This document shows positions 57,203 through 64,000 of a stretch of 64,000 bases of DNA, in pieces (within the stretch, counting starts at the first letter, position 1; every line of letters begins with the position of its first letter). Source of the stretch: Parcubacteria group bacterium (lineage in GTDB: Bacteria > Patescibacteriota > Minisyncoccia > 2-02-FULL-40-12 > IGHO2-01-FULL-4-A). Position numbers and translations under genes: made by a program. Below the pieces are notes generated by a model that was not told the DNA's origin, did not search any database, and worked only from the letters and a program-made list of their open reading frames with translations. The DNA lies in the NCBI GenBank assembly GCA_043821485.1, contig JBDRCU010000057.1, forward strand, positions 598 to 64,597. Reading direction: 5' to 3'.

Positions 57203-60200
57203 ATGTCTAGTCCTCAACTCACAACCTACATCTCTCAACAACGCCAAGCTGGTATTTCAGATGATCAAATACGATCTAGTCTTCTATCTTCAGGATGGCA
57301 GGCTGGGGATGTAGATATAGCTCTTGGTGGGGGACGATCTCGACCCGTTCAGCCAGTTCAATCCCAGCAGCCAACAGCGACCCCGAAAAGCAATAAGAGA
57401 TGGTTGACCATACTAATAGCAGTAATAGTGGTAATTTTAGTTGTAGCATCCCTATTCTGGTATCTAAAGAATAAAGATACAGGCGTTCCTCAAGAGTTAA
57501 CTCAATTGAATGAGCAGCTCCTAGATTATCAATCTAGAGAAGAATTAATACAAGCTATAGATATACTGAAGAATCATAAAAATTCAGATAATGAATATTT
57601 TCAAGAAGAGAAGAAGTTTTTAGAATCTAAATTGGTAATTTTGGATTTTCAAAATGCGATGAAGGATATGAAAGATAATGACTTTAAATGTAGTGATAGA
57701 GAAGGGTTCTTTCAAACAATAAGGAATGCACAAGAGATAACGTCACAGACAAACCCCGAGCTATTAGAAGAGATAGAAGTGTCTAGTAGTTTAGACCTAT
57801 TTCTTCCAGATCAAGATAGCTGGCAATTGATAGAGAGATTTTATGAAGACGTGTATAGACATACATGTGTAAACCCTGTTTCAACAGATTTGCCGGTGTC
57901 TACAACAGGAGAAATAACGATGCTTGTAGAAAGAATTATGTCTGAAAAAGGTGCCACTGAAGAAGCAATGGTATCGCAGTGGGACGATGTAGTGGGCCCT
58001 AGTAATGATATACGTACAGGAGCGGGTATCCCTATAGCATTAGACAGGGATTACTGGTTCTATTTCATTGATTATGATCCAGGAGCAATGTTTGCACATG
58101 ATGTACTTTATCTATTCATTGATAAAGATTCTGGTGATTACATAGCGTTAGAAGAACAATGGTATCCAGTAATAGACGGTAATGCATTTTTGGGTGTAAT
58201 TGAAGAGGATCAATTAACAGTAGAAGAACAAATTTCAGTAATGGAACCAAGTCGAGATTCAGGGAACGTACTGGGAGTATTAAATCCTTGGTCTGTACCA
58301 GAGGCATCTGCCCAAGAGCTTGCAGAAGGAAATGAAAAATACGCAATCTTGATTGCAGGTTCTGGAGATCTGACTGCTTTTCAAAATGAAGCAGCGATCT
58401 TTTATCATTTAGTAAAAGATCGAGGATATAAGGATGAGAATATAGAATATTTGTCATGGTCTAGAGAAGAGTTTGAAAGAATAAGGCCAGACTTATTGCC
58501 CCATACCCCGTGGCTTTTTGAGGGAACAGATGCACTGACTAGTAAAGCCAATTTCCGTAGTGCAGTAAATAAAATAGCAAATAAGATTCAATGTGGAGAC
58601 GATTTTTTTCTGTCTTATGGAGGGCATGGAAGTAATACTGGCATCGATGGACATTGGATTAATAAGAAAACAGGAGAAAATATTTGGACTGTATTGCCAG
58701 AGGAGCCACCAAGTCGGGACTTATGGGAGCTGATGAATACATCTGAAGTATGGACATTTGATATCGGTAAAGACTCTGATGGTACTATGATCGCTGCCAG
58801 TTCAAACGAGATAATCCATGCTTTAAATAAAATGGACAGTTGTAATAAAATGCTTGTATTAGATTCGTGTTTTTCTGGTAAGGGAATGGCAGAGATAGTA
58901 GCTGATAGTCCTGGAACTACGGTGCTGGCAGCAACTAAAGCCGACGAAGTAGGTAGATTTTCCTGGCCTCTTGTCATAGGAAGTAATTATGTAAAAGATT
59001 ACAAAAATAGGGGGGATGAAAGCATTGGGATAATAGGGCCAGGCATGTTTATACTTAAACTTTATGAAGCAATCGATAAGAATGGTGAGAATCTTTTTGA
59101 GGATTTAAATAATGCATTCAGTGTAGTCCAAACTCAAGGGATTAGTCGTCATACTCCTCAAAGAGCTGAATCCACTCTTGCTTGTACCTGCGAAGGCTGC
59201 TATATAGGCTCTCTTAATCTCGATAAGCCAACAACTTGTACCAAAGAAGCAAACGATGGCATAGGAATAGACCTATCTTTTAAAGATGGTTCTTGGAGAA
59301 TGAAATATCAAGATAATGGTCCAATGAGTGAGATCGTATACAAAGATAACAATATCTATGAATACCAAGGAGATTGTATAAATGACTCAAACGAACAACA
59401 AGGAATAGACTGTGGATGTTATGAAAGACTACCAGGACAAAGCATATGTCCAGAATCAGAATATACATATACAAAAAATGGTGCATCAAAAATCAATGCT
59501 AGTGCATATGGAATAATAGAGCATGGCTTAGAAGATAATGAAATATCATGTAAACAAGATACTGATATATCAGATCAGGAATTTGTGATTAGTGAGATAG
59601 ATATATGTCACAGTCAAGAGAGTCCAAATCCAACTCCAGTATTAGAAGTAACCCCAGCTCCCGCTGGCTGTAGTAGATTCCTTACTGGAGAACAGGCAAG
59701 TTCTATAATGGGGCGTCCTATGGTTCCATTGGAAGTTTATCTGTCAGATACAGATAGAGACCGCACCGGCTATAACTATGCAAAGCAATATGCAGGTTTC
59801 AGGATAGATTTTTGTGAATACGGAGAAGAGGACATAAGGGATAGGGCCAAGGAAGGAGCATTGGTAATTGAGCTAGAGATTAAAACAATGGTTGATAGTT
59901 TGTTAACTGTATCTAATCCTGATGTAGACAAAAGAACTGGTGCAGAGCTTCTATTACATACATTCAAATTGGAAGGATACACATTCGAGGAAATAATGGC
60001 ATTTGGAGGGGAATCACCCATACCAAAAGTATCGGGCGTTTCAGAGGGGTATTATAGTAATGAGAGAGGAGAAGGAGCTATGATTGTTAATTATGATCAA
60101 TATTTTATTAAAGTTTATCAGGATGAAGCAAGATGGCCTGAAGCTAAAAGAATTATGGATAAATCCCAGACTAGCGCAATAATGAGGCGGATAGAAGCTA

Positions 60201-60208
60201 ATCTATAG
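57203..60208 (+). CDS. Large membrane-anchored caspase/legumain-fold (clan CD) peptidase-like protein
   Basis: KYAILIAG, FFLSYGGHG (His), LVLDSCFSG (Cys); same N-terminal domain as the upstream gene. Confidence 0.8.
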   Translation: MSSPQLTTYISQQRQAGISDDQIRSSLLSSGWQAGDVDIALGGGRSRPVQPVQSQQPTATPKSNKRWLTILIAVIVVILVVASLFWYLKNKDTGVPQELTQLNEQLLDYQSREELIQAIDILKNHKNSDNEYFQEEKKFLESKLVILDFQNAMKDMKDNDFKCSDREGFFQTIRNAQEITSQTNPELLEEIEVSSSLDLFLPDQDSWQLIERFYEDVYRHTCVNPVSTDLPVSTTGEITMLVERIMSEKGATEEAMVSQWDDVVGPSNDIRTGAGIPIALDRDYWFYFIDYDPGAMFAHDVLYLFIDKDSGDYIALEEQWYPVIDGNAFLGVIEEDQLTVEEQISVMEPSRDSGNVLGVLNPWSVPEASAQELAEGNEKYAILIAGSGDLTAFQNEAAIFYHLVKDRGYKDENIEYLSWSREEFERIRPDLLPHTPWLFEGTDALTSKANFRSAVNKIANKIQCGDDFFLSYGGHGSNTGIDGHWINKKTGENIWTVLPEEPPSRDLWELMNTSEVWTFDIGKDSDGTMIAASSNEIIHALNKMDSCNKMLVLDSCFSGKGMAEIVADSPGTTVLAATKADEVGRFSWPLVIGSNYVKDYKNRGDESIGIIGPGMFILKLYEAIDKNGENLFEDLNNAFSVVQTQGISRHTPQRAESTLACTCEGCYIGSLNLDKPTTCTKEANDGIGIDLSFKDGSWRMKYQDNGPMSEIVYKDNNIYEYQGDCINDSNEQQGIDCGCYERLPGQSICPESEYTYTKNGASKINASAYGIIEHGLEDNEISCKQDTDISDQEFVISEIDICHSQESPNPTPVLEVTPAPAGCSRFLTGEQASSIMGRPMVPLEVYLSDTDRDRTGYNYAKQYAGFRIDFCEYGEEDIRDRAKEGALVIELEIKTMVDSLLTVSNPDVDKRTGAELLLHTFKLEGYTFEEIMAFGGESPIPKVSGVSEGYYSNERGEGAMIVNYDQYFIKVYQDEARWPEAKRIMDKSQTSAIMRRIEANL

Positions 60209-60224
60209 ATAGGATTTATGTAAA

Positions 60225-60258
60225 CAAAATACCGCCGGGCGAAGCCCGGCGGTATTTT
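60225..60258. terminator. Bidirectional terminator
   Basis: AAAATACCGCCGGGC-GAA-GCCCGGCGGTATTTT. Confidence 0.85.
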
Positions 60259-60294
60259 AATTTAAGTCTTTTAGTGACTTATAAGTCTTGCGAC

Positions 60295-60561
60295 TTATGC
60301 TGCTGGTCGATCTTCTCTTGGTCGTGCTTCATTGACCTTAAGTGGTCTGCCACTGAATTCTTGTTCATCGAACATTTCAATAGCCTTTGTAGCATCTTCA
60401 TCGGTTACCATTGTAACAAAACCGAATCCTTTGCTACGTCCACTAAACTTGTCAGTGATGACAACAGCTTCTTCAACTTCACCAGCTGCGGAGAACTGCT
60501 CCTTAAGCTGTTCAGAAGTCGTTTCGTAGGCAAGGTTGCCTACATATAATTTCTTAGCCAA
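60295..60561 (-). CDS. RRM RNA-binding protein
   Basis: KLYVGNL (RNP2), KGFGFV (RNP1), LKVNEARP. Confidence 0.95.
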   Translation of the reverse strand: MAKKLYVGNLAYETTSEQLKEQFSAAGEVEEAVVITDKFSGRSKGFGFVTMVTDEDATKAIEMFDEQEFSGRPLKVNEARPREDRPAA

Positions 60562-60712
60562 AGTATTTTCTGCTTAGATTCTAATATTTTCCTGCCCGAC
60601 CGAAAGGGTAACCCACTTTCGAGACATAACGGGCTAACCTTTTGGGGGACCGCTCTGTCACTAACAGGTTTAGATACGGTAGCATAGGTCATGCTTTTTT
60701 GCAAGAGGTATT

Positions 60713-61156
60713 TTAGTATTGTTTGACTACTCTATCTTTCCTTCGTTTAAACTCCTTTTCTTTGATCTTTTCGCGTTTATCATATTTCTTTTTGCCTCGG
60801 GCAATGCCAATTTCCAGCTTTACCAGACCACGTGTTCCATAGAGTTTAGTGGGTACAAGAGTTATGCCTTTTTCTTCGGTTTTGCCAATGAGGTGCTTGA
60901 GTTGAGTCTTGGTAACGAGGAGTTTGCGACTGCGTTGCTGATCATAATCCTTGGGAGTATTACCCGGTTGATAAGGGGAGACAGTGGCTCCAATGAGCCA
61001 GAGCTCTCCACTCATTATTTTTACGTAAGCTCCTTTGATAGATGCTTTCCCAGCTTTGATTGCTTTGGTCTCAAATCCTTTCAAAACCAAACCAGCCTCA
61101 ATGGTATCGAGGATTTCGTAATCATATGAAGCTTTTCGATTGGTAGCGTAGGACAT
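60713..61156 (-). CDS. smpB: SsrA-binding protein SmpB
   Basis: NRKASYDY, EAGLVLKG, RKLL, GKKKYDKR. Confidence 0.97.
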   Translation of the reverse strand: MSYATNRKASYDYEILDTIEAGLVLKGFETKAIKAGKASIKGAYVKIMSGELWLIGATVSPYQPGNTPKDYDQQRSRKLLVTKTQLKHLIGKTEEKGITLVPTKLYGTRGLVKLEIGIARGKKKYDKREKIKEKEFKRRKDRVVKQY

Positions 61157-61174
61157 ACTATTACAATAAGCTTA

Positions 61175-61264
61175 TTGACAGGTTTTGTAAATCATCTATA
61201 ATTAGATCATTAATCACTAGGGAGAGGCACGCTTGTAGGTTTTGTCCTACCGGGGTGCTTTTTC
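61175..61264 (+). ncRNA. Candidate small RNA with its own promoter, convergent on the NYN gene
   Basis: TTGACA (61175) and TATAAT (61197), then nested hairpin AGGCAC..GTAGG-TTTTGT-CCTAC..GTGCTT and a T-tract; no ORF. Confidence 0.5.
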
Positions 61265-61757
61265 ATTTTCGGTATTTCAGAAGTTCTTTTGTTGATTCAA
61301 GAAAATCAAGTTTTGATTTAGCAGTTTTTTTAAGGAGCACGGAACATTTTTTGCGATTTACACTGAGTACTTTGCAAAGTTTATCTTTTTCATAAAGATA
61401 TTTTACTAAGCATTGAAAATCACCATCGCTGGTAACTATTATCGCTTTGTCGTATTTCTCATATTCAATCATTACTTTCAAGACAAGATCGGCATCCACG
61501 TTACCTTTCGGCTTGTTTTGTTGTTCATTCTGAATGATAGGTTTGAATATCAGGATGAATCCGACCCTTCTTAAGAAAGTATAGAGATTTTGATTTTTTG
61601 GGATAAATCCAATAAATATATAAGCTTTCTTAATGCCATATTTTTCACGAAGATATATTCTGAAACGTTTCCAATCTAAATGTCAACCCAAGTCTCTAAT
61701 ACCAAGATTTATGTTCTGGCTATCTATAAACGCGTAATTATTTGAAGATGTGTCTAT
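61263..61757 (-). pseudogene. NYN domain pseudogene
   Basis: Frame NNYAFIDSQNINLGIRDLG*HLDWKRF...KGNVDADLVL...VTSDGDF with in-frame TGA at 61683-61685 and no in-frame ATG upstream of the domain. Confidence 0.8.
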
Positions 61758-61775
61758 GAGGTATCCATATTGTAC

Positions 61776-62846
61776 CTATTTCCTCTCTGTCAGCTTAACC
61801 TTTGTGCGTAATTCTTTGTCTTTGCGAAGTATTTTGAGTTCTACTATATCTCCAACCTTGTGGCGATCAACCATATCTGCAAGTTCATTTTTTTCTGTTA
61901 ACTTGCGTCCATCTATTGTGAGGATTACATCATTTTCTTTTATATCAGCCTTGTCAGCAGGGGAGTCCTTAACTACTGCAGTCGAACCCGGCATATGGTC
62001 TTTGATGACAAGCGCCCCATAGTCCACATCCAGTTCGTATTGTTCTTTTAGTTCTTTATTAAGCGTCACATATCGAAGTCCGATATATGGGCGTATTATG
62101 CGTCCATGTTCGTTGAGGTCCGCTATGTCAGCTTTTGCCCAATTTATAGGAATGGCGAAGCCAATATTTTGCGCTCCGTAGATCACAGCCGTGTTAATGG
62201 CAATAACTTTGCCTTGAAGATTTGCTAAAGGTCCTCCTGAATTACCTTGATTGATTGCTACGTCAGTTTGCATAACATGACGCAAATTCTCAACTTGTCC
62301 TTTGCCAAGAGATGCAGAAACTTTTCGGCTCAAGCCTGAAATTATTCCTTTTGAAACTGTATTATTAAAAACTCCCAAAGCATTACCAATCGCAATAGCA
62401 GTCTGGCCAAGTTCCACGCCATCTGAATCTCCAAGTTCTGCCACAGGCAGTCCTTTGACATCTATTTTTAAAATCGCAACGTCATTGATTGGATCGCGCG
62501 TAATTACGCGTCCTGTATATTCATGCTCGTCATTTGTTATAACTGTATATTGTGCATCAGCATCGTAGACCACATGTTTATTCGTAACAATTAATCCATC
62601 AGAGCTTACTATAAAACCAGATCCGCCACCCACTTTGACGCGATGTTTAAGATTGTCCGGTATATTATTATTCGGATCATCTGTAAGATCTTGTTCAGGC
62701 AATGGTATGCCAAATTGCCCCAAAGGATTAAGAGTAGGGGAGGCAAGCTTTTTCTTGTCCTGAATAAATTTGCTGATGACAATGCTTACAACGCAGGGAA
62801 TGATTTTTCTAACTGTTTCAATGGTTTGTTTTTCTTCATCGAACAT
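61776..62846 (-). CDS. HtrA/DegP-family serine protease with one PDZ domain
   Basis: GSGFI, TNKHVV, DVAILKI, INQGNSGGPL, PDZ. Confidence 0.93.
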   Translation of the reverse strand: MFDEEKQTIETVRKIIPCVVSIVISKFIQDKKKLASPTLNPLGQFGIPLPEQDLTDDPNNNIPDNLKHRVKVGGGSGFIVSSDGLIVTNKHVVYDADAQYTVITNDEHEYTGRVITRDPINDVAILKIDVKGLPVAELGDSDGVELGQTAIAIGNALGVFNNTVSKGIISGLSRKVSASLGKGQVENLRHVMQTDVAINQGNSGGPLANLQGKVIAINTAVIYGAQNIGFAIPINWAKADIADLNEHGRIIRPYIGLRYVTLNKELKEQYELDVDYGALVIKDHMPGSTAVVKDSPADKADIKENDVILTIDGRKLTEKNELADMVDRHKVGDIVELKILRKDKELRTKVKLTERK

Positions 62847-62917
62847 GGTTTTATTGTATCATGAACAAAGATAAGGCAACAAGAATTTTTTGTTAAAAAT
62901 GTTACAATAGTATATAT

Positions 62918-64000
62918 ATGATTAAGGATAAAATACGACAACTCATTATTAATAGTGTAGCCAAGGTGGCTCCTGACTTTGAATTGGGGGATATCGTTAT
63001 AGATAAGCCTAAATCAGATTTTGGGGATTATGCGACCAATGTTGCTTTTGTTTCGGCTAAGGAATTAAAAAAAGATCCTAAGGAAGTGGCTGGAATATTG
63101 GTTGAAGCAATGCTTAAGGCTAAGACAGTGGAGGATGGAATAGCAGATATTAAAGTCGAAGGAGGGTATATTAACTTTTTTCTTGACGATGCATTAGCAG
63201 TGAGTGAGCTTGAGCGTATCGCAGAGGATGATAATTATGGCAGTAATGATACTTTTGCCGGCAAGAAAGTAATGATTGAGTTTACTGATCCGAACCCTTT
63301 TAAAGAGTTCCACGTAGGACACCTTATGAGCAATGCGATAGGGGAGAGTATATCTAGGCTCTATGATGCTTCTGGTGCGGAAGTCCTACGTGCTAACTAT
63401 CAGGGAGATGTTGGTGTTCATGTTGCAAAGGCTGTGTGGGGTATGATGCAATTACCTGACAAGATGCCTGCTGATAATGAAGAACTTGCAATCAAGGTGG
63501 CATATATGGGTAAGGCGTACGCTCAAGGCAACAATGCTTATGAAGATGATCCGAAGGCCAAGGAGGAAATAGACGAACTAAATCAAAAAATTTACAAAAG
63601 AGAAGGCAGTGAGATAAATGATCTTTATGACAAAGGCAGAGAATGGTCTTTGGCATATTTTGAAACAATATATCAGCGTCTTGGAACAAAGTTTGAACAC
63701 TATTTCTTTGAAAGTGAAATGAGTGATGCAGGACTTGAGATTGTGAATGCTAATCCCGATGTATTTCCGGAAAGTCAGGGTGCGCGCATTTTTAAGGGGG
63801 AGGATTATGGATTACATACTAGAGTTTTTGTCAGTTCTAAGGGATTACCTACATACGAGGCGAAAGAATTGGGGCTTAATAAGATTAAGTTTGAAAAATA
63901 TCATCCTGATATTTCTTTGATTGTCACGGGTAATGATATTGTTGAATACTTTAAAGTTACATTGAAAGCAATGGAACAAATTATGCCTGATATAGCGAAG
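62918..64000 (+). CDS. argS: Arginine--tRNA ligase (runs off window edge)
   Basis: Manual translation: FGDYATNVAF, EFTDPNPFKEFHVGH (HIGH), NYQGDVG; absent from the ORF track because there is no stop in the window. Confidence 0.93.
   Translation, partial: MIKDKIRQLIINSVAKVAPDFELGDIVIDKPKSDFGDYATNVAFVSAKELKKDPKEVAGILVEAMLKAKTVEDGIADIKVEGGYINFFLDDALAVSELERIAEDDNYGSNDTFAGKKVMIEFTDPNPFKEFHVGHLMSNAIGESISRLYDASGAEVLRANYQGDVGVHVAKAVWGMMQLPDKMPADNEELAIKVAYMGKAYAQGNNAYEDDPKAKEEIDELNQKIYKREGSEINDLYDKGREWSLAYFETIYQRLGTKFEHYFFESEMSDAGLEIVNANPDVFPESQGARIFKGEDYGLHTRVFVSSKGLPTYEAKELGLNKIKFEKYHPDISLIVTGNDIVEYFKVTLKAMEQIMPDIAK

Noticed and set aside
61220-61262. Hammerhead ribozyme in the small hairpin
   Set aside because: No CUGANGA core or GAAA element in the required arrangement
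61683-61685. TGA read-through suggesting genetic code 25 or 4, or selenocysteine
   Set aside because: Other genes end in TGA (pth, ybeY, the subtilase) and long core genes have no internal TGA; the start is also lost, so a pseudogene is more likely
63492-63689. 65-aa minus-strand ORF
   Set aside because: Antisense shadow of argS

Overview
Bacterial chromosome segment, inferred to be Patescibacteria/CPR (Parcubacteria-like). The inference rests on AT-rich housekeeping genes mostly lacking Shine-Dalgarno (SD) sites, tRNA-Arg(GCG), CPR-type surface proteins and an intron-split tRNA; genetic code 11. The backbone carries pyrH (partial), nrdJ, ftsA/ftsZ, ybeY, hisS, lepB, pth, dprA, topA, an HTH-MurA fusion, glyA, recG, holA, polA, tsaE, comM, pnp, rpsO, a Xer recombinase, tmRNA, smpB, htrA and argS (partial), plus four tRNA genes. 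tRNA-fMet is split by a 206-nt group I intron. Main unexplained structure: (1) Two integrase-less islets at the 3' ends of tRNA-fMet and tmRNA, 52 kb apart, share one architecture: a near-identical terminator, imperfect inverted repeats around the cargo, and a duplicated RNA 3' end. (2) At least six dispersed GC-richer one- or two-gene cassettes have strong SD sites and hairpin-rich 3' ends, and two with unrelated cargo share a covarying 3' module of about 90 nt. (3) Two tandem large membrane-anchored proteins share a scaffold but carry different protease domains (subtilase versus caspase-fold). (4) A near-consensus promoter drives a small structured RNA convergent on a decayed NYN gene. All calls are by eye from motifs; no database searches were run.
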